Position numbers and translations under genes: made by a program. This document shows positions 18,846-25,745 of a stretch of DNA of 54,723 nt, piece after piece. This DNA comes from a virus (taxonomy: Duplodnaviria > Caudoviricetes): positions 1 through 54,723 of IMG/VR virus record IMGVR_UViG_3300047288_000037; one strand, 5' to 3'. The notes beneath the pieces were generated by a model. The model saw only the letters and a list, made by a program, of their open reading frames with translations. It searched no databases and had not been told where the DNA came from. The number at the start of each line of letters is the position of its first letter. Position 1 is the first letter of the stretch.

Positions 18846-20234
18846 TCAAGTCCATCCTGTAGATGCAACACGTTTTACATCACGCTTCTGCACCCGCGCT
18901 ACACCATCGCCTACGGCCCCAATATGCAGCATCAGATACTGGAGTGCCTCAGCTACGTGTGAGTGTTTGTTCTTGTCAATCTCACCGTCACCTTTGGGCT
19001 TGTAGCGGTAGCCGCCCATCATGGCAGCTTTAAGATGTGTACAGCCGGGGTCAAGCAGGAACGCCGGGTCACCATCCACCTGCCGCATGAGGAAGTCATC
19101 CACAGCGTTAATACGCGCCGACACACTGTTCGTCTTGGCTGGAATGACCTTGAATTTTTCGGCCTTGATAATATCCACAGCACTGCGCTCATCAGTCTGC
19201 GCCCGCTGGATGCCTGCCGGGTCAGTCACGATGAGTATGGGAGCCCCACCGAAACGCTCGTAGAGCATCGGCTTGAGTAATGACCGCACGAAGCGTTGCA
19301 CACCCATGTCGAAGCTGACGCACTCGCCGAGTATCAGTGCCCGACCACGCGGGTCCTGCTGCCCGATAACCGCAGCTGGCGTAAGCCCCAAGTCCATACC
19401 CACGATGATGGGTCGTATGCCGTTGTTGATAAAGCGCAGCCGCTCCCGCGCCATGTGGTAGTCAGTCCTGAAGTATTTATACACTGGCATACCGGCTGAG
19501 GCCAGCCCGTACTCACCGTCAATGTAAACGCGAACATACTCCTCGCTGCGACCCTGTGTGTCGTAGTATCCGTCTGGCAGGTTCTCGATGTTCTCCGCCA
19601 TTGCGCTTCGACCTGACGGTTGCTTGAATACAGCCCAGCCGTTGTTGTTCGGTGACACGCCATCCTTAGGGTCTAGCCCTTCCATCTGGTAGTACCACCA
19701 TGTATCCATAGTCGGCGGGTTGGTATCGCCCCACATCCCGTGCCATGTCGGACCGCCATCCTTCGCAGACGGGAAACGCCCCACACGCTTAGACATCGCA
19801 TCGACAATGTCAGGATGAATATCCCTACACTCGTTGAACCACGCGAACGTAAGCTCCAGTGAGTTCAAGTTAGCCACGTCATCCGCGTCATCCAGTGCAC
19901 GGAACATAATCTCGCACTCAACGTCACCGACTTTGAAAAAATACGTCTTGGTCGTACGCATGTACTGACCGCACTGCCCCGGCGGGAACCAGTCTAGGAA
20001 GGTTTTAATGGTCGTATCCTGCAACTGCCGCGCAGTTTCCCGGACAATCGCCGCCCGGCTCTTGCGTATGCCATGCTGGTTGGGCTCCTGCATGGAAGCA
20101 CGGCGAATAATCTCGAACGATGAGGTTACAGACTTGCCCGAACCTACCGGACCCATGAGAACGCGCATCTTGGCGTTGCTTTCCATGAATTTGGCCCCAG
20201 TTGGGGGCGGCGTGTAATCTATAGTTAACCCCAT
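18846..20234 (-). CDS. terL: Terminase large subunit
   Basis: Walker A GPVGSGKS, Walker B-like AWFNE, coupling motif DTNPP, RNase H nuclease motifs GMDLG, DPAG and HSHVAEALQY. Confidence 0.93.
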   Translation of the reverse strand: MGLTIDYTPPPTGAKFMESNAKMRVLMGPVGSGKSVTSSFEIIRRASMQEPNQHGIRKSRAAIVRETARQLQDTTIKTFLDWFPPGQCGQYMRTTKTYFFKVGDVECEIMFRALDDADDVANLNSLELTFAWFNECRDIHPDIVDAMSKRVGRFPSAKDGGPTWHGMWGDTNPPTMDTWWYYQMEGLDPKDGVSPNNNGWAVFKQPSGRSAMAENIENLPDGYYDTQGRSEEYVRVYIDGEYGLASAGMPVYKYFRTDYHMARERLRFINNGIRPIIVGMDLGLTPAAVIGQQDPRGRALILGECVSFDMGVQRFVRSLLKPMLYERFGGAPILIVTDPAGIQRAQTDERSAVDIIKAEKFKVIPAKTNSVSARINAVDDFLMRQVDGDPAFLLDPGCTHLKAAMMGGYRYKPKGDGEIDKNKHSHVAEALQYLMLHIGAVGDGVARVQKRDVKRVASTGWT

Positions 20235-20740
20235 TATACTGACTCCCGTAGTTTTATAGCATCATCTTTACTTTTACGCCGCCCATACCGCCTGCCTGCT
20301 ACTTCAACTACCCATAACCCACTAGATTTCTCTAAATAAACCCCAGATACCCCGGAAGTATTGTTTCGTAATAACCCTCGATTAAGGCAGTTTTCTGACC
20401 TACTTACTTCACGTAAATTACATATTCTATTATCCGCTTTATCCCTATTTATATGGTCTATTTCTATTGGGTCATACCCATAAACAATCTTCCATATAAT
20501 TCGGGCTGCAACATATGCTACTCCGTCTAAAAGCCCTACTCTATACCCAATATTTGATGTAGTTGTAAACGCTTCTGTGCCAGCAAACTTAGCGTTCCAA
20601 TTATTACACGCCCATTCAGCTGACCTTCTCTTGTTACTGAACATATCTGGTGTTCTGGATTTCCAATACATCAATCCGGACTCTGAATCATACCGAAGTC
20701 TAGCTAATAGATACTCTTGTGGTGGTAATTGTTTTTTCAT
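20234..20740 (-). mobile_element. HNH homing endonuclease 3 (HNH_3 + AP2-like)
   Basis: LRYDSESG, IDHINRDKADNRICNLREVS..EN and NNTSGVSGV motifs. Confidence 0.9.
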
Positions 20741-20746
20741 ACCGAC

Positions 20747-20775
20747 AATTTACTGGTGGTGTCAGTTTATGTCAA
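20747..20775 (-). promoter_or_regulatory. Sigma70 promoter giving a leaderless HNH3 mRNA
   Basis: TTGACA-N17-TAAATT-N6-ATG; no SD present. Confidence 0.75.
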
Positions 20776-20781
20776 GGATTT

Positions 20782-20955
20782 TTAGTGTAATGTCCTCGGC
20801 AGAGCCTCAAAATATTCGCGCATATCCATGCTGTTGTGTATCACGACCTGATTTTCCTCGTCATAGTCCGGCTGACACCAGCATTCACGCCCATCTAGGT
20901 AGTGGTCCCACATATCTTCAATGGGAAATACGTGCAACCAGCGTTTATAACGCAT
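20782..20955 (-). CDS. Small putative metal-binding protein (57 aa)
   Basis: Hand-translated MRYKRWLHVFPIEDMWDHYLDGRECWCQP...VIHNSMD; H/H/CxC/H ligand set; GAGGT SD; abuts the upstream stop. Confidence 0.7.
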   Translation of the reverse strand: MRYKRWLHVFPIEDMWDHYLDGRECWCQPDYDEENQVVIHNSMDMREYFEALPRTLH

Positions 20956-21153
20956 TCAAGCCACCTCAAGCAGGGTAATTACGAACTCACGCCCCCGTTT
21001 TTTGTGTTTGTGTATGCGGGTGTGGTAGGAAATGCTGTTTTCTTTGAGCATTAGCTCCAGATTATGTGCTTCAACCGAGCTTGCGATGCGGGCAACCCGT
21101 GTTCCATCATGAATTACTACGAATTTATTCAGAATACTCTGCATCGGTGACAT
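20956..21153 (-). CDS. Hypothetical protein (65 aa)
   Basis: Packed between TerS and the next gene; basic C-terminus. Confidence 0.6.
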   Translation of the reverse strand: MSPMQSILNKFVVIHDGTRVARIASSVEAHNLELMLKENSISYHTRIHKHKKRGREFVITLLEVA

Positions 21154-21619
21154 CTTTTTCCTCCAGCTCAGGTGCTTGGTGCTCGATTATGGCGGTTTCT
21201 ACCTGCTGCCCGCCCAGATTTATGGTGATTTTAACGCCACCGGCGTTGTTGCCACCATCATTTTCAGTATTCTTCGGCTCTAGTCCAGCCCATTTGACCG
21301 TTGACTTGATTAAATCTGCCTTAACCGCTGCGGATACAGACGGGTCATGAATCAATAACCAAGAAGTTGTCAGGAGTTCTTCCGATTGGGCCCGCGCTTT
21401 GAGCCGAAAGGTAAGGCCTTTGTCCCTGATTTCCTCACGGTAGGAGTCCACGCGTTTCAGAAAGATGGGGTCGCGGTTGAATGCCAGTATGTCTTGAGTG
21501 GTTATGTTGTGCCTGACGGTTACTTCGGTCAGGGTTTCGCCGCTTCCTTCGAGAGTGAGGGCTATGTCAAACGCTAGGCGGTCTGACCACTTGGTGTGAT
21601 TTAACGGTAATGTGTCCAT
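21125..21619 (-). CDS. terS: Terminase small subunit (putative)
   Basis: 164 aa from ATG 21619; helical body and a GVKITINLGG C-terminal strand; upstream of TerL. The ORF-track TTG start (21658) is the -35 hexamer. Confidence 0.7.
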   Translation of the reverse strand: MDTLPLNHTKWSDRLAFDIALTLEGSGETLTEVTVRHNITTQDILAFNRDPIFLKRVDSYREEIRDKGLTFRLKARAQSEELLTTSWLLIHDPSVSAAVKADLIKSTVKWAGLEPKNTENDGGNNAGGVKITINLGGQQVETAIIEHQAPELEEKDVTDAEYSE

Positions 21620-21629
21620 AGTGAGAGTC

Positions 21630-21658
21630 AGCTTAGTGGAGGCGGGGAAGTTTGTCAA
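21630..21658 (-). promoter_or_regulatory. Sigma70 promoter for terS (near-leaderless)
   Basis: TTGACA-N17-TAAGCT-N10-ATG; no SD. Confidence 0.6.
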
Positions 21659-21664
21659 GCAAAT

Positions 21665-21682
21665 GGTTACGTGAATGTAACC
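21665..21682. promoter_or_regulatory. Palindromic operator-like site GGTTAC-N6-GTAACC
   Basis: Perfect inverted hexamers 6 bp upstream of the terS -35. Confidence 0.55.
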
Positions 21683-21699
21683 GATGGTATTTTTGAACC

Positions 21700-22188
21700 C
21701 TAGTTTTTTCCGTGATTAGGATGGTAGCCTAGTGCTTCATACGCTGCGTCTCTTACTTTTGCGGCTTCTTCCATTGTGTCAAACGTACCGAGGCATATTC
21801 GTTTGTGTTTATACCCTATTCTAATCCTATACCCTGTACTAACTTTAGTAATTCCAGTTTCACCAGAAGTATTGTTACCATATTTAGGTAGGTTTTGCTG
21901 GTTCTCTTGGATAGAAACCTCACGTAGATTTTCGATTTTATTATTCCGTTTATCCCTGTCTATGTGGTCTAGTGCTTTAGAAGGCCAGTCTCCATGGACA
22001 ACAGCCCACACCACCCTGTGTATGGCGTATTGCTTACCATTTACCTTAACATATCCATAGTCTCGGTATCTAGCGGCTTTGTATTTTATGTACGCAGGTT
22101 TTCCAGAGCTAATACGGATTAGAACTCCGCTGGTTACGTCATACCGGAATATTTTTCGGAAGTCTATTTGTGGTTGTTTAATGTTCAT
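21700..22188 (-). mobile_element. HNH homing endonuclease 4 (HNH_3 + AP2-like)
   Basis: FRYDVTSG, HRVVW, LDHIDRDKRNNKIENLREVS..EN and LGTFDT.EEAA..RD motifs. Confidence 0.9.
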
Positions 22189-22194
22189 GAGGGG

Positions 22195-22223
22195 ATTTTA
22201 TAATGGACTATTCAGTAAGTCAA
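22195..22223 (-). promoter_or_regulatory. Sigma70 promoter giving a leaderless HNH4 mRNA
   Basis: TTGACT-N17-TAAAAT-N6-ATG; no SD. Confidence 0.75.
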
Positions 22224-22368
22224 TACCCCCTTTTGTTTTTAGGCACTTTATTTTGTGAGGTTTACTACTCAAGGGGCGGTGCAACCACGGCAATCCGACT
22301 GTACCCCCGTCAAGGCAAGCGACCAAGCAACAGCGCACGAACCGCCCGCAAACCCGCACCAAATCAGG

Positions 22369-22405
22369 ACTTTTTGTCATTTTTTATGGTTATGGCAATC
22401 TGAAA
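22369..22405 (+). promoter_or_regulatory. Early promoter copy 1
   Basis: ACTTTTTGT-N19-AATCTGAAA: TTGTCA, 16 bp spacer, extended -10 TG-G-CAATCT. Same blocks and spacing recur at 24005. Confidence 0.6.
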
Positions 22406-22462
22406 TTGTGCTGATACAGCACTGATTCACAAAGTTCTTTAACAACATTTAGGAGATTTAAA

Positions 22463-22726
22463 ATGGCTCAACAAGCTACTGTTAAGAGGTCTATCGCCCC
22501 AGTTACTTTCACTATCGAAGTAACAGCCACGAGGGTCAATGAAAACGGTACATTCTCTGGCATCACAGCCAAGATTGTTAAACAACCGAAAGGTTGCGAG
22601 TTCATGACCAGTGTACCACCAATGGCAGGCGGAGCGGTCTACTTCAAGACACAATCGCTGGAAGGCATCACGCTAGTCGAAGGTGATAGTCCGAAAGCAC
22701 CAGCCGAGAAGAAGAAATTGTTCTAA
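22463..22726 (+). CDS. Early protein, paralogue A (87 aa, beta-rich)
   Basis: AGGAG SD; about 55% identical (hand alignment) to 24107..24373. Confidence 0.85.
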   Translation: MAQQATVKRSIAPVTFTIEVTATRVNENGTFSGITAKIVKQPKGCEFMTSVPPMAGGAVYFKTQSLEGITLVEGDSPKAPAEKKKLF

Positions 22727-22730
22727 TCGG

Positions 22731-22764
22731 TAACTAGGCTAGGCAGGGCAACCTGCCTAGTTTT
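22731..22764 (+). repeat. GNRA hairpin unit 1
   Basis: TAACTAGG then CTAGGCAGG-GCAA-CCTGCCTAG, followed by TTTT. Confidence 0.8.
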
Positions 22765-22789
22765 CTCAATCAAGCTAGGAGCGAAAGCG

Positions 22790-22966
22790 ATGAAAGCTAG
22801 AAAACCACGTAAGTACGAACCAGTTCGTTATGTAGTCAAATGGATTGAAGGCAACATGATGTACTTCAGAGCGTTCAAACGAGATGCCACGGCAATGAAG
22901 TTCCAAGATTATCTAATCGAAGAACTTGGTATTCCAATGGCAGATGTACGAGTAATGACAAAATAA
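22790..22966 (+). CDS. Early small protein (58 aa)
   Basis: Hand-translated MKARKPRKYEPVRYVVKWIEG...VRVMTK; AGGAG SD. Confidence 0.75.
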   Translation: MKARKPRKYEPVRYVVKWIEGNMMYFRAFKRDATAMKFQDYLIEELGIPMADVRVMTK

Positions 22967-23000
22967 CGAGGCAGGCTAGGGAAACCTAGCCTGAGTACAT
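22964..23000 (+). promoter_or_regulatory. GNRA hairpin unit 2 (split ribosome-binding site)
   Basis: TAACGAGG-[CAGGCTAGG-GAAA-CCTAGCCTG]-AGTACAT-ATG. Confidence 0.75.
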
Positions 23001-23105
23001 ATGAAACAAATAAAGAAAATTGTTTTGCATCCTGATAACCCATTGTTTATAGCCACAGGATTAGCACTATGGCTGTTCATGTATGAGTTACTAACCCACT
23101 ACTAA
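23001..23105 (+). CDS. Early membrane peptide (34 aa)
   Basis: MKQIKKIVLHPDNPLFIATGLALWLFMYELLTHY; exactly fills the space between hairpin units 2 and 3. Confidence 0.65.
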   Translation: MKQIKKIVLHPDNPLFIATGLALWLFMYELLTHY

Positions 23106-23136
23106 CGAGGCAGGCAGGGCAACCTGCCTGAATGAT
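23103..23136 (+). promoter_or_regulatory. GNRA hairpin unit 3 (split ribosome-binding site)
   Basis: TAACGAGG-[CAGGCAGG-GCAA-CCTGCCTG]-AATGAT-ATG. Confidence 0.75.
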
Positions 23137-23286
23137 ATGCACAAATCAAAATTCATGGTGATGTACACCACAGCAATACACACAACAGACTCATCAATCA
23201 CTTACGGCTACATCGGCCTGCTCAGACTGAGGTTCAAACTCTGGGTATGTAAGTGCTACGACATCAAGGTACTACCAATCGAGTAA
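23137..23286 (+). CDS. Early small protein (49 aa)
   Basis: MHKSKFMVMYTT...KLWVCKCYDIKVLPIE; ends 4 nt before a terminator. Confidence 0.6.
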   Translation: MHKSKFMVMYTTAIHTTDSSITYGYIGLLRLRFKLWVCKCYDIKVLPIE

Positions 23287-23290
23287 TCCC

Positions 23291-23317
23291 AGCCCGGCGA
23301 AAGCCGGGTTTTATTTT
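23291..23317 (+). terminator. Intrinsic terminator closing the first early operon
   Basis: AGCCCGGC-GAAA-GCCGGGTT followed by TTATTTT. Confidence 0.85.
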
Positions 23318-23399
23318 GTCCGTTGTTTTTGTGTATATAAAACAAACCATACGCCGGGGGGTGCAGGCATGACATAGCGACACATCTGACAGTATCGCG

Positions 23400-23930
23400 C
23401 GGGGTGGTTACGTTTTTGGCGGTAAAAGTGGGGCGGTTACATGGTTTTGCACCAAGTTAGTGCATAATCTACAATAATCTACGAAATAATCTAAGTTTTA
23501 AAATAATCTAAGCCGGTTACATTCCATAGATTTTTTTGGGTGTTTTGTAACCACCGCATGAATACTGGGTTTGAGCCATATATATATATAAATAATCTAA
23601 ATAATCTAAATAATCTACGATTTTTTTATACACACCCCCCGCGCGAGAGTTTTTTATGTTACATAAGGGTAACCGTGTAACCATCTAACTGTTTAACTCC
23701 CCCCTGTCTTACGATTTTATGCGTAGATTATTAGATTATTTAGATTATTGCCTCTGAAACCCAAGCCCAGCAAGGAGGTTACAATAATCTAAATTTAGCG
23801 GTTACATTATATCGCAGTTTTTTAGTTAGATTATTTCAGTACTTTTTGTGTAACCGGTTACATTATGTTATGAGCAAACGCCCTGTGGCTTACTCCGTGG
23901 TTACAAAATACAAATCAATGCGGTTACATA
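23400..23930. repeat. Non-coding iteron-like region (candidate origin or packaging/terminus region)
   Basis: 12 copies of ATAATCTA/TAGATTAT, 12 copies of GGTTAC/GTAACC, an (AT)n tract at 23578-23590 and no long ORF. Confidence 0.75.
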
Positions 23931-23986
23931 ACCCTTATACACAAACAAATACATACAAAAACAATTACAAAGTAAGCGAACCTCGC

Positions 23987-23999
23987 TAAGTCGTTGATT
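23987..23999 (-). promoter_or_regulatory. IHF-binding site
   Basis: Minus strand AATCAA-CGAC-TTA is an exact match to WATCAANNNNTTR. Confidence 0.6.
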
Positions 24000-24004
24000 T
24001 TTAA

Positions 24005-24041
24005 ACTTTTTGTTCGAAACCCAGCCCGTGCTAATCTGAAA
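24005..24041 (+). promoter_or_regulatory. Early promoter copy 2
   Basis: ACTTTTTGT-N19-AATCTGAAA with extended -10 TG-C-TAATCT. Confidence 0.6.
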
Positions 24042-24106
24042 CCTGACCAAGCCGCCTTGGTTTTATATTATTTTTATTTTATTTACACACTTTAGGAGTA
24101 GTTATT

Positions 24107-24373
24107 ATGGCTATTACAGCTACGTTGAAGAAGTCTATTAAACCAGTTACATTTTACCTAGAAGTTACTGCTACCAAAGTCAATGAGAACGGTACGTTCA
24201 GTGGTATTACTGTACAGAAGGTATCATCATCCATTAAGAACGAAACCATTAGGGCATCTATTCCACCCCAAGCTGGTGGTGCTATGTACCTTAAATGTGA
24301 TGACCTTAAAGGCCTTGAGTTCGTAGAAGGTACACTGACTGGTGCTACCGTTGAGAAGAAAAAGCTGTTCTAA
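24107..24373 (+). CDS. Early protein, paralogue B (88 aa)
   Basis: AGGAG SD; shares PVTF..EVTAT.VNENGTFSGIT, PP.AGGA.Y and EKKKLF with paralogue A. Confidence 0.85.
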   Translation: MAITATLKKSIKPVTFYLEVTATKVNENGTFSGITVQKVSSSIKNETIRASIPPQAGGAMYLKCDDLKGLEFVEGTLTGATVEKKKLF

Positions 24374-24381
24374 CAATCAAT

Positions 24382-24414
24382 GGAGGAGGCGGTAGCAATA
24401 CCGCCTTTGAACCT
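24382..24414 (+). promoter_or_regulatory. GNRA hairpin unit 4 (split ribosome-binding site)
   Basis: GGAGG-[AGGCGGTA-GCAA-TACCGCCT]-TTGAACCT-ATG. Confidence 0.75.
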
Positions 24415-24777
24415 ATGACTTTACGCATTGAACATTTAGAGCGTATCAACAACCGTGATAGTGCTAAGTATGTGTCATACAAGCAAGAGTTTCAGGGTAG
24501 CAATATGTATGCAATACACCTTGAAGGTAAAAACAAACATACATACGTGGTGTATAGCTACGGCCCTCACTGGCCTATGTGGGTTTATGACTATGGAACC
24601 AGAGAGTGGTACGGTATGCTAGATAAGTTTAGCCGTACAACCAGTAAACAACAAGGGCAATCACACCCTGATGTACCAAACGACAGCATCCATTGGTATG
24701 GTGAAGATATGATGATTAAGATTGCCGTTCATGGTTTTAACGGTGCATTTGCAGACAGATTGGGGGTAACAGCATGA
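24415..24777 (+). CDS. Early phage protein (YVVYSYG...SRTTSKQQ type)
   Basis: 120 aa; motif pattern recalled from early genes of other phages. Confidence 0.75.
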   Translation: MTLRIEHLERINNRDSAKYVSYKQEFQGSNMYAIHLEGKNKHTYVVYSYGPHWPMWVYDYGTREWYGMLDKFSRTTSKQQGQSHPDVPNDSIHWYGEDMMIKIAVHGFNGAFADRLGVTA

Positions 24778-24971
24778 TACCGAAAGATGCTTTAGAACCG
24801 ATGCAGTACTACGTTGGTGAAGGTAGGTTTGTTGGTTACCCATGTGTAGCTATGTGGGATGGGTTACGGTTCGTTGGTTTAAGTACAGCTTGGAATATGT
24901 ACGAAGCTAATACAGCAGAGTACGGCGACAAAGGCTTCACACCATTGGCTAGTGTACTTAAACCAACATAA
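24774..24971 (+). CDS. Hypothetical protein (65 aa)
   Basis: ATGA coupling to the previous gene. Confidence 0.65.
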   Translation: MIPKDALEPMQYYVGEGRFVGYPCVAMWDGLRFVGLSTAWNMYEANTAEYGDKGFTPLASVLKPT

Positions 24972-24985
24972 GCAAAGGAAACAAT

Positions 24986-25204
24986 ATGATAGTAGTTCAC
25001 ATTGATGTATTCAAAGAGGCTTATCACAAAGCCACTGGTGGTAGTACTGACAACGTAGAAACAGCCATTATCTATTACCTTGATGGTGATGATTACACTG
25101 TTATACCTGATGGTGTCCGCATAGTGGATATGTACAACTTTTTGCATGTGTATTTAGAACTGGGGGTAAATCATGGCACACGAGTACAACAACCTGTGTG
25201 TTAA
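24986..25204 (+). CDS. Hypothetical protein (72 aa)
   Basis: AAGGA SD; operon packing. Confidence 0.6.
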   Translation: MIVVHIDVFKEAYHKATGGSTDNVETAIIYYLDGDDYTVIPDGVRIVDMYNFLHVYLELGVNHGTRVQQPVC

Positions 25205-25391
25205 GTGCGGCAGTCATGTACTGCAAGCACGATGGAAGTTGGGTTATAACACCTGCTTACAGTGTGGTGAGATTGCCGCTAAGCAGGTAAAGCATACGGT
25301 TGTACCCATGCCAAAGTCAAATTACATACCCATAACAAACATGGAGTTGTTGATTGGGTTAAACAGTAGTCATAAAGGGGGTGTGAAGTGA
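25173..25391 (+). CDS. C4 zinc-finger protein (DksA/TraR-type finger)
   Basis: CVKCG...ARW.LGY.TCLQCG. Confidence 0.7.
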   Translation: MAHEYNNLCVKCGSHVLQARWKLGYNTCLQCGEIAAKQVKHTVVPMPKSNYIPITNMELLIGLNSSHKGGVK

Positions 25392-25494
25392 GTCCGTACA
25401 GACTGCGTATGCTGAAAGAGTTACAAGCTGAGTGGGATGCTTGGTAGTTACAGATGGCTATTGACCGACTGTTTAAACGGAAGGGTAAGCGATA

Positions 25495-25544
25495 GCGAGT
25501 ACTGGTCTAGTGCTTTCAACGAGAGTACTAGCACGGCGACTTGC
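25495..25544 (+). promoter_or_regulatory. Long imperfect hairpin, candidate RNase III processing site
   Basis: GCGAGT/ACTTGC lower stem, internal loops, and an 11-bp upper stem CTAGTGCTTTC/GAGAGTACTAG. Confidence 0.5.
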
Positions 25545-25565
25545 CGATAACACTAGGAGAAACAA

Positions 25566-25745
25566 ATGAAGCTATTTGCACTGCGTGATGTTAAACACAA
25601 TCTGGTTAAGGATAACAACGGACAGGTTGTTTACTTTTCAAGCAAAGAAACGGCACGTAAGTACCGCTCACAGTTGACTGATGACCAGTCAACATATTTC
25701 GTAACCTATGGCGTTGACCATAAATCATACAAGGGGAATAAATAA
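25566..25745 (+). CDS. Small hypothetical protein (59 aa)
   Basis: MKLFALRDVK...YFSSKETARKYR...GVDHKSYKGNK; AGGAG SD; TAATG coupling to the ATPase. Confidence 0.75.
   Translation: MKLFALRDVKHNLVKDNNGQVVYFSSKETARKYRSQLTDDQSTYFVTYGVDHKSYKGNK

Noticed and set aside
19820-19860. TerL Walker B reading WFNE instead of hhhhDE as a sign of inactivation
   Set aside because: All other ATPase and nuclease motifs are intact and I recall NE as a normal variant in this terminase subgroup.
22230-22365. G-rich then C-rich tract between the divergent arms as a pac/cos site
   Set aside because: Position is suggestive, but there is no defined repeat or consensus; needs read-end data.
22731-23130. Hairpin repeats as a CRISPR mini-array
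   Set aside because: Only three imperfect copies, separated by ~110-200 nt stretches that are open reading frames; no cas operon. The PD-(D/E)XK gene is an ordinary replication-module nuclease.
25388-25495. TAG recoding suggested by frames that stay open past TAG (25445, and 39435 to 39509)
   Set aside because: Long genes up to 2716 aa contain no in-frame TAG and many genes end at TAG with tight packing. These are at most isolated premature stops or chance.
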